Of a stretch of DNA of 64,000 nt, positions 40,674 through 50,863 are shown one piece after another. Each line of letters begins with the position of its first letter. Position 1 is the first letter of the stretch. Source of the DNA: Chthoniobacteraceae bacterium (GTDB lineage Bacteria; Verrucomicrobiota; Verrucomicrobiia; Chthoniobacterales; Chthoniobacteraceae). The translations under genes and the position numbers were made by a program. The notes beneath the pieces were generated by a model. The model worked only from the letters and a program-made list of their open reading frames with translations, was not told the DNA's origin and did no database searches. The DNA is taken from contig JANNXQ010000300.1 of NCBI GenBank assembly GCA_031409655.1, forward strand, positions 1-64,000, read 5' to 3'.

Positions 40674-42395
40674 TCACTGTGGGGACGCCGGCGCCTCGGG
40701 TACCTCTTTCGCGGCCGTCGCCATGAGCGCTACTTCCTCGGGCAAGAGCGAGGCCTGGTTTCCTAGATCGAGATATTTGCGCGCCTTTTCGGGCGTTCCC
40801 GTCGCCGCCAGCAAGATCCCATAGTAGGCGGCGATCTCCGGTTTTTCCAAGTCGGCCCGAGGCAGGGCATTCAACACCTCAAGCGCTTCGCCATGCTTTT
40901 TCGAGCGATAGAGCGCGAATGCATACGTGGAGACGTAGGCAGCGTTTTTGGGATGTTTCTTAAAAAGCCCGTGCGCCATGACGGTCGCGCGGCTGATGTC
41001 TCTACCGAGCAAGAGCGAGAGGAAGGCAAAGTCGTTCTGCGCGTTTTCATTTGCCGGATCGTTGGCCAGGAAGCGGACCGCAAGGCGGCGGAGTGCTTCG
41101 GTGTCTTTTCGCCCGTGAAATTGCCGCCCAAGTTTCCCGATCGCCCACATCGGATCCGGGACGTTGTCGATCGCCGTCCAGAGCGCCTCCTCGATCTCCT
41201 CGGTCCAGTCCGCATCGGCCGCAATCTTCGCAAGCCAGGCAAGCGCTTCGGGGTGACCGGCAGCGGTCGTCATCGCCATGGACCACTCCGTCCGCGCGAG
41301 GCGGGCATTTCCGAGTTCACGCAGCGCCCGCGAACGATATGCATGGCGGATATAGTCCCCGCGTTTCCAGGGGCCATCCTGCGTGATCCGCTGCACCGCC
41401 TCCCAGTCTTTGAGCGAGATGTAGCAACCCGCGAGGGCCTGCCGCACGTCGGGCATTTTTCCAACCTTCGGCGCGTGCTTCGTCGCCCAATCCACCGCTT
41501 CCGCGGCGAGTCCCACACTGGCCATCCAGACGATGATCGCGCCGGCCTCCCGAGCGTCCGGAGCCGCGGTGGACTGCAAGGCAAGGAGGGCCTCCGAAAA
41601 GCGCTCGTCCTTGGAATCATGGAGGAGACGGACGCGCGTGAGCTTATCGAGAAAGGTGTGCCCGGGCGTGGCGACGAGGCGCTCGCTCTGGCGGAGGGCG
41701 GCACTGGGCTCGCCCGTCGCTTCGTAACTGGAAATCAGCGCCCGCCGCGCTGGCACCGCGAATTCCGCCTCCGCTGCCATTTCCTCCAGCACCCGGCGCC
41801 CTTCGGCGCGTTCGAAAAAATCCCCTGACCGCACTTTTACTGAGCCGAGCGCCATCCGGTGCGCCGCTTTGTCCGGCTCCAGGCGCAGCGCGCCTGCGTA
41901 GCAACGCCCCGCCTCCGCGTAGTCCCCCGCTTCAAAGGCCACTGCACCGGCCGCAGACAAATAGTCCACGCGCATCCGATCGCGCTTCGGGACGCCTGCG
42001 AGCGCCTTTTCGGCGATCGCGTACTTCCGATACTTCAGGGCCGACGCGCCCCAATGAATCAGCGAGTCTGCGCTCCCGCCGGAAAGGTCCGCGATTTTCC
42101 CATACCAGGAGACGGCGTCGGGGTTTTGATTCTTGTCGCAGATTTCCGCCATCAGCGCGCAGATGGAGACGTTGTCCGGAGCGGTCTGCATGGCCCGGCG
42201 CACGTTCAGCGAAGCGGCCGCAAAATCGCCTTTGTCCAGTGCCACCCGAGCCTCCTGGGTGAGCAGTTCCAGCCGCCACGGCTTATAATAAAACATCCAC
42301 GCCGCCCCCCCGCTCGCCAGCACCAGGCAGGCGATCGTGATATTCAGCACGATCAGCCTCTGGCGATTCTCGGGATTGGTGAAAAATGCGAACAT
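40674..42395 (-). CDS. Tetratricopeptide-repeat protein with an N-terminal membrane anchor
   Basis: N-terminal TM; repeated Ala-rich helical pairs (ALRLEPD, NDPANENAQNDFA, STYAFALY). Confidence 0.78.
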   Translation of the reverse strand: MFAFFTNPENRQRLIVLNITIACLVLASGGAAWMFYYKPWRLELLTQEARVALDKGDFAAASLNVRRAMQTAPDNVSICALMAEICDKNQNPDAVSWYGKIADLSGGSADSLIHWGASALKYRKYAIAEKALAGVPKRDRMRVDYLSAAGAVAFEAGDYAEAGRCYAGALRLEPDKAAHRMALGSVKVRSGDFFERAEGRRVLEEMAAEAEFAVPARRALISSYEATGEPSAALRQSERLVATPGHTFLDKLTRVRLLHDSKDERFSEALLALQSTAAPDAREAGAIIVWMASVGLAAEAVDWATKHAPKVGKMPDVRQALAGCYISLKDWEAVQRITQDGPWKRGDYIRHAYRSRALRELGNARLARTEWSMAMTTAAGHPEALAWLAKIAADADWTEEIEEALWTAIDNVPDPMWAIGKLGRQFHGRKDTEALRRLAVRFLANDPANENAQNDFAFLSLLLGRDISRATVMAHGLFKKHPKNAAYVSTYAFALYRSKKHGEALEVLNALPRADLEKPEIAAYYGILLAATGTPEKARKYLDLGNQASLLPEEVALMATAAKEVPEAPASPQ

Positions 42396-42748
42396 GAGCG
42401 GCTCGTCGTGCGCTTTCCTACAAAATGTTGCCCGGCACCGCCCTTAGGTCGGTCTGGCGGAAAACAGTCGCACAACTACCGCTACTTTTACTGCAAGGAA
42501 CGGCCTGCGGCAATGGAACGACCCTGGATTTTGCGCGGCTGAAGCCAGCAAATGCGCCGGAGAGAGGGAGGTATTGCTGCTTGCGGATGCGCCTCCTAAA
42601 TGCAACTTCCCTGCCCGCGCCGCCGCAAAAAGCCCCGCAAAATGACCGCCTTTCGCAATCTCTGCCAAGTCTCCGCAGGCCCGTCAGCAGCTACGAATCG
42701 GCCAGCGGGCGGGCAAGCTGCTCTCGCTCCCCGGCAGTCTCCTCGCTC

Positions 42749-43381
42749 ATGACGCCCGCCCGCCGCCCCATCCTCCTGCTCCTGGTCGCCCTCGCCGTCC
42801 TCCCGGGCTGCCGACGCACGGAGGCCGAGTATCAAAAGCTCGCCGCCGAGAATGAGTATCTCCGGGGGGAGGTCGAACGCCTCAACAAGCGCGACTCCTC
42901 GGAGAAAGGGGATCCCAAAGTCACAACCCCAACTGGCGATGGCCCCGACTTGACGCTGACCGTCGTCGATCTTTTCAGCCAGCGCTTTGATGACAATGAG
43001 TTCCGCGCCAAGCAGCGCCTTTCCAACAAAGTGATCCGTTTGTCGGGCGGTGTGGATGCGGTGAGTGGCGACGGAATCATGATCGGCGGCACCAGCAAGC
43101 GTTTCGGAAGTGTCCGCATCGGTGTCAACCTCACCAGCGGCTACGCACTCCGCATCAAGGAAGGCCTGGCCGCGCTCGAACGCGGCACCATCGTCACCGT
43201 GCAGGGCAAATTTCTCTACGACCGCATGTCGTTGAGCGACGCCCTCTTCGTGGATGCTTCGACGGGCCGGCCACTATACTCCGATGACCTTCTCTCCCTA
43301 GCGGCCGGGAAGCCCTTACCGCGTCCAGCGGCCACCCCAAAACCCACCCCGACCGCCCCCGCGACCCCGGCGCCGAAGTAG
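42749..43381 (+). CDS. Hypothetical lipoprotein with coiled coil and OB-fold-like domain
   Basis: Lipobox LPGC; LFSQRFDDNEFRAKQRLSNKVIRLSGGV and GTIVTVQG pattern; Pro-rich tail. Confidence 0.65.
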   Translation: MTPARRPILLLLVALAVLPGCRRTEAEYQKLAAENEYLRGEVERLNKRDSSEKGDPKVTTPTGDGPDLTLTVVDLFSQRFDDNEFRAKQRLSNKVIRLSGGVDAVSGDGIMIGGTSKRFGSVRIGVNLTSGYALRIKEGLAALERGTIVTVQGKFLYDRMSLSDALFVDASTGRPLYSDDLLSLAAGKPLPRPAATPKPTPTAPATPAPK

Positions 43382-43383
43382 CT

Positions 43384-44625
43384 TCAGCCGCTCGCCAGGG
43401 TCCGCCGGAGGAGATCGAGCGCCGTCTGGATGGTGAGGTGTTTGAAAGTTTCGCGATCCGTCGCGAAACGATGCTGCTCGACGATCGCCTCCGCGCCCTT
43501 CGCCGCCAGCGCGATGAAAACCGTCCCCACCGGCTTCTCCGCACTCCCGCCATCTGGCCCTGCAATACCCGTCGTCGCCAGCGCATAGTCCGCACCCGCC
43601 ACGGCGCACCCGCCCTCCGCCATGGCCCGCGCCACCTCCCGGCTCACGGCGCCGTGGGCCGCCAGCAAGGCCGGATCCACCCCCACCGCCTGGGTCTTTG
43701 CCGCGTTCGCATAGGTCACGAAACCCTGCCGAAAAATCGCCGACGCCCCGGGGACATTCGTCACGCGATTCGCAAGTCCACCGCCCGTACACGACTCCAC
43801 CGTTGCGAGCGTCTGCCCGCGCGCCGCCAGCTCCCGGACGACGACTTCCTCCAGCGCCCGGTGATCCTCGGAAAAAAGATGCGTCGTAAATTCCGCCCGC
43901 ACGATCTCCGCCGCCTGCGCGACGAGCTCCGGCGCGCCGATCAAGCGCACATCCACCTCGCCCGGCCGCGCGCAGTAGCCGAGCTCGATCCCGAGCGCCA
44001 GCAAGCGCTCCCCGACACGCTCCTCCACCATCGATTCGCCGATCCCGCCGATGCGCAGCACCCGCATTTCCACCGCACTCTGCGGCGGCACGATCTTCTG
44101 CAAGATCGGCACCACCGAGTCCGCCATCATCGGCCGCAATTCACGCGGCGGCCCCGGCAGCAGGAAGAGGTGCGGCGAAAGTGGCATCGCGCCCGGCACT
44201 GGCAGCGGCGGGAGGTATAGGCCGGGCGCAGTCCCAAAAGGATTCATCAACACCGTCGCCTGCTCCGGGCGCTCCGCCTGCCGCGCATTCCGCGCACTCA
44301 TCTTAAAATTCCGCCGCGCAAACCGCGCCTCGATCGCCGCCATGACCGTCGCGTCATGCACCATCTTCAGCCCGAGCAATTCCGCCACCGCCTCCCGCGT
44401 CACATCATCCGTCGTCGGGCCGAGTCCGCCGGTCACGAGCACGATGTCCGTCCGCCCGATCATCTCCGCGAGCGCCTCGCGGATGGGCTCCCCATCCGGC
44501 ACCGTCGTCTGCCGCCTCACGCGCAGCCCGAGCGGAAAGATCGCCTCCGCGAAAAGACGCACATGCGTATTCAGCACGCTCCCGAGCAGCAGCTCCGTGC
44601 CGGTATTGAGAATCTCGAGCCGCAT
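43384..44625 (-). CDS. cinA: CinA family protein (molybdopterin-binding-like domain + NMN deamidase PncC domain)
   Basis: GTELLLG, TGGLGPTTDDVT, LPGPPRE, ESCTGG, PGAS and TTGIAGP.GG motifs. Confidence 0.95.
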   Translation of the reverse strand: MRLEILNTGTELLLGSVLNTHVRLFAEAIFPLGLRVRRQTTVPDGEPIREALAEMIGRTDIVLVTGGLGPTTDDVTREAVAELLGLKMVHDATVMAAIEARFARRNFKMSARNARQAERPEQATVLMNPFGTAPGLYLPPLPVPGAMPLSPHLFLLPGPPRELRPMMADSVVPILQKIVPPQSAVEMRVLRIGGIGESMVEERVGERLLALGIELGYCARPGEVDVRLIGAPELVAQAAEIVRAEFTTHLFSEDHRALEEVVVRELAARGQTLATVESCTGGGLANRVTNVPGASAIFRQGFVTYANAAKTQAVGVDPALLAAHGAVSREVARAMAEGGCAVAGADYALATTGIAGPDGGSAEKPVGTVFIALAAKGAEAIVEQHRFATDRETFKHLTIQTALDLLRRTLASG

Positions 44626-44882
44626 CAGGTTCCCGGATGCCCCACGGGCTCCTCGAGTTCAAGTTCCGGTGCGGGGAGGAATTCCCGATACCACAGCCGA
44701 TGCCGCGACCAACTTTCGCAAGCCAGGCAGCAGGTGTCCTCCCACGCCTTCCCGCAGTCCGGACACACCCCGCCGGTGGCGAAAGTATTCCAGAGACATT
44801 GGCAGGAGCACGCCCAGCGCGACGACTGTTGCGGTGCCCAGTCGCAGCGCGGACAGAGAATTTTGATCGCACGCGTTTGCAT
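44625..44882 (-). CDS. Small Cys/Trp-rich putative zinc-binding protein
   Basis: CPRC...WACSC..WNTFATGGVCPDC...CLAC...H..WY; its stop overlaps the cinA start (TGATG). Confidence 0.7.
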   Translation of the reverse strand: MQTRAIKILCPRCDWAPQQSSRWACSCQCLWNTFATGGVCPDCGKAWEDTCCLACESWSRHRLWYREFLPAPELELEEPVGHPGT

Positions 44883-44934
44883 CGCTCTTATCTCTCGCAC
44901 GCAACCGCCCGCTAAAGCAAAGCCCGAAAGCCGG

Positions 44935-47343
44935 CTACTTGCTCAGAAAGATCGGACTCTGCACGACGAGATGGAGCAGATCGCGCAGCGCGTAATTCTT
45001 CGCCTTCGACGCTGCCACGATGCGCTCGATCTCCGTGCGATCCGAGAAACCCATCTCGCGGCCCGTGCCAAAAGTGAGGAGCTTCTCCGCGACCCCGCGC
45101 GCGACACGATCCTGGCTCGCCAGCAGCAGTTTTTGAAACTCGGTGAAGTCTTTGAAGGTCTCGCCCGTGGGCAGCACGCCGGCGGCATCCACTGGCGACC
45201 CGAGCCGATAGCGGACCCTCCGGCCTTCGACTTTCAGATCCACCCAGTGGCCTTCTCCGAGGGTGCGAAAGCGATCCCGCCAACCCCCGATGACGTCGTA
45301 ACTCTCCAGCGCAAACCCCGGCGGATCGATCTGCCGATGGCACCCATTGCAGCTCTCCATCGTCCGATGTTTTTCTAAAATCTCGCGCACCGTCCTGGCC
45401 CCGCGGATGTCCGGCTCGACCCCCGGAGTCCCGGGTGGCGGCGGCTGCGGTTCGATGCCGAGGAGCCGCTCCAGCACCCACACGCCGCGAAGCACTGGCG
45501 AAGTGTTGGTCCCATTTGCGGACACTTTCAAGATACTCGCCTGGGTAAGGATTCCGCCGCGCTTGCTATCGGCAGGCAGCTTCGTTTTCCGCAGCGCCAT
45601 TCCGGCCACACCCGGGATGCCGTAGTGCTTCGCGAGCCGGCCATTCAGCAGCGCAAAGTCGGACTGGATCAGATTGCCGACGCTGAGGTTTTCCTGGAAC
45701 AGCGCAGCGACGAAGCCGCGGGTCTCGCGCAACATCGAATCGAGCAGCAGCCCGTCATACTCCGGATACAGCACCTTGTCGGGCGTGGTGAATTCGATCT
45801 CGCGGAGGTTCAGCCAGCCGTCGGTGAAATCCGCGATGAATCGATCCAGGCTCGCGCCTTTGAGCAGACGTTCAGTCTGCCCGCGGAGCACGGCCGATTG
45901 GTGGAGCTGCTGCGCTGCGGCGAGCCGGATCAATTCCGCATCCGGCGCGCTCCGCGTGAGGAAATAGCTGAGCCTCGAAGCCAGCGCGAAACCGTCGAGT
46001 TTCCCCGCGGCCTCCTGCAAATAGAGAAACTCTGGCGCACAAAGGGCGGCAACGGCAGCCATGCGCATCGCCACGAGGAAATCGCGACTCTCCGCAATCT
46101 CGGTCTCAAATAAAGCGAGATAGGGCGCCACATCGCCCGAAGAGACCGGTCGGCGAAAAGCCTGGGTCAAGAACTGCGGGAGCAGTCGGCGAGAGTCGGC
46201 CAAAGGGTTCGCGCTCTCCGCAACGAAGGTCGGGACGTAACCGCGCTTCCCTTTCATCCAGGGTTTTTCGGCCGGCACCTCCCGGACTTTCAGATCGCCG
46301 AGCAGCAAGGTGTGCCCGCGCGGCGGCCACTGCTCGATGATCGGCCCTTCCAGCGTGACCTCCTGGAAAGCAAATCCTTCGCCCGGATACTTGTCCGGCC
46401 CGTCCTTGATCGGTGAATGCCCATCCGGACCATTCAAACCCTGCGGGCTGATTTTGATCCCGTCGTTCGCCCGCAAGTGCAGCATGACCTCGATCGTGGA
46501 TGACTGAGCGACGGGGAACTCGTGATAACTATGAATCGAGTTATCGCCCCCGCGGTCGAAAGCCCCCGCCAGGATTGCCACGACGACCGGCTGCTCGGAC
46601 TGATATCCGTAGCCCGCAATGCGCAGCCGATAGCGCCCTGCCGTCCTCGCCCGCAGCCCGGGCACCTGCGTGCTCGGGAAGCCGCCGTCATTGAAGACCA
46701 CCATGGCTCCGTCTTCGCGCTTCAGCCAGTGTTTGCCGAGGTTCGCCTTGTTCCTTTCGCTGTCGAAGGTGAAGCGCTCGGTGGCCGTCTCCGGCCTGGA
46801 TTCCTGGTGCAGCGCGGCATTCAAAGCCAGCTCCGCCACCTCCATGTAACGCTGTAACTGAACGCCCGAGATACTCAGCGCCTCCCCGATGTTATCGAAG
46901 CCATGCGCGCGACCGTCCTCCGGCAATTGCGCCACCACATCGATCTGAATCCCGAGCAAATCATTGATCGTGTTCTGATACTCCCGTCGATTCAGCCGCC
47001 GCAGCACCGTCCCTTTTTGCGCCGCATGTTTCGTCCCGAGATCCCCACCGAGCGTCGTTAGGAAGGCTCTCTTCTCCTTCGCCACGGGCTGCGCTTTTTT
47101 CGGCGGCGGCATCTCCCCGGAGAGCACGCGATCGAAGACCCACACCCACTTCTTATGCGCCGCCGCATCGCGCGCGTCGGTGGAGAGCACGGTTAGATCC
47201 AGCCCGCCCTTTTTCTCATCCGCATCGTGGCAAGCGAAGCAATGCTCCTCCAGGAAAGGCTGCAGCGCCGGCGTGGAGGAGGCTCCATGGCTGGCTGCGG
47301 CAAACAGCGCAAGGCTCAGCAAAGCGTGAATGCGTAACTTCAT
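44935..47343 (-). CDS. DUF1592/DUF1588 multi-domain protein with cytochrome c motifs
   Basis: CFACH and CNGCH heme motifs; LRRLNRREY.NT, GFDN, ASRLSYFL, TSPVLRGVWV and IDPPGFALE motifs. Confidence 0.9.
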   Translation of the reverse strand: MKLRIHALLSLALFAAASHGASSTPALQPFLEEHCFACHDADEKKGGLDLTVLSTDARDAAAHKKWVWVFDRVLSGEMPPPKKAQPVAKEKRAFLTTLGGDLGTKHAAQKGTVLRRLNRREYQNTINDLLGIQIDVVAQLPEDGRAHGFDNIGEALSISGVQLQRYMEVAELALNAALHQESRPETATERFTFDSERNKANLGKHWLKREDGAMVVFNDGGFPSTQVPGLRARTAGRYRLRIAGYGYQSEQPVVVAILAGAFDRGGDNSIHSYHEFPVAQSSTIEVMLHLRANDGIKISPQGLNGPDGHSPIKDGPDKYPGEGFAFQEVTLEGPIIEQWPPRGHTLLLGDLKVREVPAEKPWMKGKRGYVPTFVAESANPLADSRRLLPQFLTQAFRRPVSSGDVAPYLALFETEIAESRDFLVAMRMAAVAALCAPEFLYLQEAAGKLDGFALASRLSYFLTRSAPDAELIRLAAAQQLHQSAVLRGQTERLLKGASLDRFIADFTDGWLNLREIEFTTPDKVLYPEYDGLLLDSMLRETRGFVAALFQENLSVGNLIQSDFALLNGRLAKHYGIPGVAGMALRKTKLPADSKRGGILTQASILKVSANGTNTSPVLRGVWVLERLLGIEPQPPPPGTPGVEPDIRGARTVREILEKHRTMESCNGCHRQIDPPGFALESYDVIGGWRDRFRTLGEGHWVDLKVEGRRVRYRLGSPVDAAGVLPTGETFKDFTEFQKLLLASQDRVARGVAEKLLTFGTGREMGFSDRTEIERIVAASKAKNYALRDLLHLVVQSPIFLSK

Positions 47344-47372
47344 GGGGTGATTTTTTAAATGGGGCGCGCTGG

Positions 47373-49106
47373 TTACTCGCCCGTTCCCTTCACCCAGATC
47401 GCTTTCCCGTCCAGCCACGTCTCGCGCACTTGGGTATCTTTCAAGTCATCGATCGGGCAGTTCAAGACATCGCGATCGACGATGATGAAGTCCGCGCGCT
47501 TCCCGACTTCCAGCGAGCCAGCCTCCTTGTCGAGGAAGAGGAGCTTGGCGTTGTTGCTGGTGAACATCCGAATCGCTTCTTCGCGGGTGATTCCACCTTC
47601 CGGATGCAGCGGCGCATCGCGAAAGCGGCACTTTCTCGCCACCGCGATCCACATGCCGAGCCAGGGATTGTAGGGATTGATGGACCGTAGGCTGCCGATC
47701 TTTTGCATGTGATCGCTGCCGCCGCCGACGATCACTTTCGCATCGAAAAGTGCGCGCAACGGCTGGAAGCGCTTCATGCGTTCGTGGCCGAATTGCTTCA
47801 ACAGCGTCGCGCCATCGAGGTGAAACCAGATCGGCTGCAGGTCGATGCACACCCCGAGCCGAGCCGCCTGCGCGATGCTCTCTGGCGTGATAAAATTGCC
47901 GTGCGTGATGCACGGCCGCGATTCGCGGAGGGGCGTCTCTTTGCTCACCCCTTCATACACGTCGAGCAGGAGCTTCACCGCGCCATCGCCGACGCTGTGC
48001 GCGGTGAATTGCAGCCCCGCGCCCGCGACCTTGCGCACCATCTTCGCGAGATGCTCGCTCGGGGTGCGCTGCACGCCGCGATACTCGCGATCCGTGATCC
48101 CGTAGATGCTGCTCACGCCCCACGGCTCCAGCATCAGCGCGCTGCCCGTGAGCATGCCCCCATCGAGCCAGATCTTCGTCCCGATTATCTGGAGCATCGG
48201 GTCCGCCTTGCGCAGCGGATGCTGGAGGATTTCATCGAGCTGGAGTTCGGTCGTGCGCCAGACGCTCCCGGCCTCAAAGGTGTGCGATAGCCGCAGGCGC
48301 ACCGTGAGCGCGTCCGCTTCGCGCAGCGCCTGATACACGTCGATGTTCCCTTTGCTCGCGCCGCGATCCGCGATGGCCGTGAAGCCCACGCTGTTGTAGT
48401 CGGCGAAGAGCTGCTTCGTGAGTTCCTGCGTCTGCGCCGCGTCCGGCTTCCTGGTGACCGACTGCGCATTGATGGTCGGGTTGAACGCATGCATTAGCCC
48501 AGTGGGTTCGCCCCGTGCATCGAAGACCACGACTCCCGTGGAATTCGCCGGCACTTTGAAAGTCCGATCGATCCCGGCGAGTTGCAGCGCGAGGGAATTC
48601 AGCATGGAGTCCGGCCCCGTGCTGAAATGCACCGGATGCTCCGGCGCCACGCGATCGAGCTCTGCGCGCGTCGGGTAGCGCTGCTCCTTCAGCCGCGTGA
48701 TGAAGACCTGCCGGATGCCAATCAATGAACCTTCCGGCAAGGCCCGCGCGCGGCTGGCGATATAGTCGAGAAGCTGCGGGATGTCCTCGATTTCGGGAAC
48801 CAAGTGATCAAACTCCATGGTCGCCGCACCGACCGGATGCGCATGGGAATCCATGAGCCCCGGCAGCACCATCCGCCCACCGAGATCCACGCGAACTACC
48901 GTCCCGTGGCCTTTGAGCAACTCCTTCGCTTTCTCGCCGAGCGCGACCATGTGACTGCCTTCCACCGCCATCGCGTCGGTGATGGAGAAAGCATCGTCCA
49001 CCGTGACGATCCGACCATTGGTGAAAACGGTGACCGGTGGCGCACTGAGCGAAACGGGCAGCGGTGCGAGCAAGGTGGTGAGGAGCAGGGCGAAGAGCGG
49101 TTTCAT
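47373..49106 (-). CDS. Amidohydrolase family 3 protein, secreted
   Basis: PGLMDSHAH, K.WLDG, HSVGDGA, GGSD and GSLEVGKRADF motifs; signal peptide. Confidence 0.9.
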   Translation of the reverse strand: MKPLFALLLTTLLAPLPVSLSAPPVTVFTNGRIVTVDDAFSITDAMAVEGSHMVALGEKAKELLKGHGTVVRVDLGGRMVLPGLMDSHAHPVGAATMEFDHLVPEIEDIPQLLDYIASRARALPEGSLIGIRQVFITRLKEQRYPTRAELDRVAPEHPVHFSTGPDSMLNSLALQLAGIDRTFKVPANSTGVVVFDARGEPTGLMHAFNPTINAQSVTRKPDAAQTQELTKQLFADYNSVGFTAIADRGASKGNIDVYQALREADALTVRLRLSHTFEAGSVWRTTELQLDEILQHPLRKADPMLQIIGTKIWLDGGMLTGSALMLEPWGVSSIYGITDREYRGVQRTPSEHLAKMVRKVAGAGLQFTAHSVGDGAVKLLLDVYEGVSKETPLRESRPCITHGNFITPESIAQAARLGVCIDLQPIWFHLDGATLLKQFGHERMKRFQPLRALFDAKVIVGGGSDHMQKIGSLRSINPYNPWLGMWIAVARKCRFRDAPLHPEGGITREEAIRMFTSNNAKLLFLDKEAGSLEVGKRADFIIVDRDVLNCPIDDLKDTQVRETWLDGKAIWVKGTGE

Positions 49107-49238
49107 GATTCTGTTGGGGCAATGTTCCATTCAACGCTGCGGGCTCTCGATTTCATTCCGGCGAGTGGCTGCCTCCACTTCATCGCCCTCTCGATGCGAC
49201 GAGGCGATGAAGCGGATCAGAAAGGACACCGGGGCGAC

Positions 49239-50516
49239 TCAACCCGTGAGATCCAGCACCCCGGTGCTAAAGCCGAATTTTTCCGTCTCCACGCCCATCC
49301 GCTGAGCCAGCGCCACGAAAAGATTCGAGAAGACCTGTTTCTGCGGATCGACCGCGATGTGCCGGCCATGCTTGAAGCCGCCGCCTGCCAGCAGGAGCGG
49401 GAGATTCTTCGTATCGTGCGCGCTGGCGTTCCCGAGATTCGAGCCAAAGAGGACGGCGGTGTGATTCAGCAGCGGGACGCCGTTTTCCTGCACGCCTTTG
49501 AGCTTCGCGAGGAAGTCGCTGAGGGCGCGGAACTCGGCGACTTCGATGATCTTCAACTCCTCGATCTTCGCGGGGTCCTGCCCATGGTGCGAAAGATTGT
49601 GCCAGTCCTGGCTCACGCCCTCGATCTCCGGCACGGCGTTCATGCCCGAGAGGCGGAGCGTGATCGTGCGCGTGGAATCCGTTTGCAAGGCGAGGACGAT
49701 GAGATCCTGCATCAGCTTCATCTTCCCGATGGCGTCGGTGCGGCTCTGGATGTCGGTCGGCGGTGCAGCATCGACCTTCGGCTTCGGCCTTTGCGCCCAC
49801 TCTTCATTCTGCACGAGGCGGCCTTCGAGATCGCGGACGGCGCTCAGGTACTCGTCGAGCTTCTGCTGATCATGATGGCCGAGATCGCGGTGCAACTTTT
49901 TTGCCTGCCCCTGCACCGTGTCGAGAATGCTGCGCCCCCGCTTCAGCCCGCGCACCTGTGCCTCCACCTCCGCCTTGCTGCCTTCCACGAAGAGCTGCTG
50001 GAAAGCCCGCGACGGCGACGACTCCGCCGGCAAAGGCACGCCGCTGGCCGACCACGAAAGCGACTCGCTGCCCGTGCCGAGCACGAAGCTCGGGAAGCGC
50101 GTCTGCGTCCCGATTTTCTCCGCGATGCGCTGGTCGATGGAGATCGAGTTCTTAAACCCCGCCAGCCCCGGATGCTTCGCCGAGGTCAGCCACGTCATCT
50201 CGGAAGTGTGCCCGTTCGCGCCATTCTGCTCTGCGTGCTGCAAGCCCGAGATGACCGAAAAATCCCCCCGCAGATCCTTCAACGGCTCCAAATACGGCGT
50301 GAGCGTATAGTCGGCACCCGTCTCCTTCGGATGGAGAAATGGCGTGTGAAACCCGAGCGTCGCGCACATCGCCACGAAGCGCTGCGGCGGTTGCGCCAGC
50401 GCGGCCGCCCGAGTGAAGGCCGGCCGCATCGCCTCCAGAAAAGGCAGGGCCAGAACCGTTCCCGCACCGCGCAGAAAAGCCCGGCGATTAAGATGACACT
50501 TGGTGGCGATGTTCAT
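49239..50516 (-). CDS. DUF1552 domain protein with Tat-like signal
   Basis: NRRAFLRGAG..LALPFLEAM, SIDQ, SILD, KLDEYL.AVR.LE, HNLSHH and NLPLLLAGG motifs. Confidence 0.92.
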   Translation of the reverse strand: MNIATKCHLNRRAFLRGAGTVLALPFLEAMRPAFTRAAALAQPPQRFVAMCATLGFHTPFLHPKETGADYTLTPYLEPLKDLRGDFSVISGLQHAEQNGANGHTSEMTWLTSAKHPGLAGFKNSISIDQRIAEKIGTQTRFPSFVLGTGSESLSWSASGVPLPAESSPSRAFQQLFVEGSKAEVEAQVRGLKRGRSILDTVQGQAKKLHRDLGHHDQQKLDEYLSAVRDLEGRLVQNEEWAQRPKPKVDAAPPTDIQSRTDAIGKMKLMQDLIVLALQTDSTRTITLRLSGMNAVPEIEGVSQDWHNLSHHGQDPAKIEELKIIEVAEFRALSDFLAKLKGVQENGVPLLNHTAVLFGSNLGNASAHDTKNLPLLLAGGGFKHGRHIAVDPQKQVFSNLFVALAQRMGVETEKFGFSTGVLDLTG

Positions 50517-50672
50517 GGTGAAGCTGGGACGGACGGGAGGGACGCAATCTGACACCCGCTCGGGAGGACTTTCTTTGATCTGCCGCCTGCACCGACTCTG
50601 CCAGCAGGGATGATGAAGAGGAAGAGGGTAGGAGGCGAATGATGCAACGCCGGCAACTCCCACGCCCCCTAA

Positions 50673-50863
50673 CCCTAAATCCGGCGCTGGGATTTAAAAC
50701 GCCGAGACGCAGAGGCGCAGAGATCGCAGAGGAAGGGAACAAACGCACATCCCAATACGCTCACCCATCGGGTGAACCCATTCGCCACCTCGATTCCGCT
50801 CTCACTCTGCGTCCTCTGCGTCCTCTGCGTCTTTGCGTTAAAAATCCTAATTCCGGTTTCAGG
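50673..50863. repeat. Inverted 8/9-mer tandem array (CGCAGAGG / CTCTGCGTC)
   Basis: CGCCGAGA CGCAGAGG CGCAGAGAT CGCAGAGG (from 50700) versus CTCTGCGTC x2, CTCTGCGT, CTTTGCGTT (50805-50839); outer arms also pair imperfectly. Confidence 0.88.

Noticed and set aside
49176..49215. Hairpin CTTCATCGCC...GGCGATGAAG after DUF1552
   Set aside because: No U-tract and a single copy; not enough to call a terminator or repeat.
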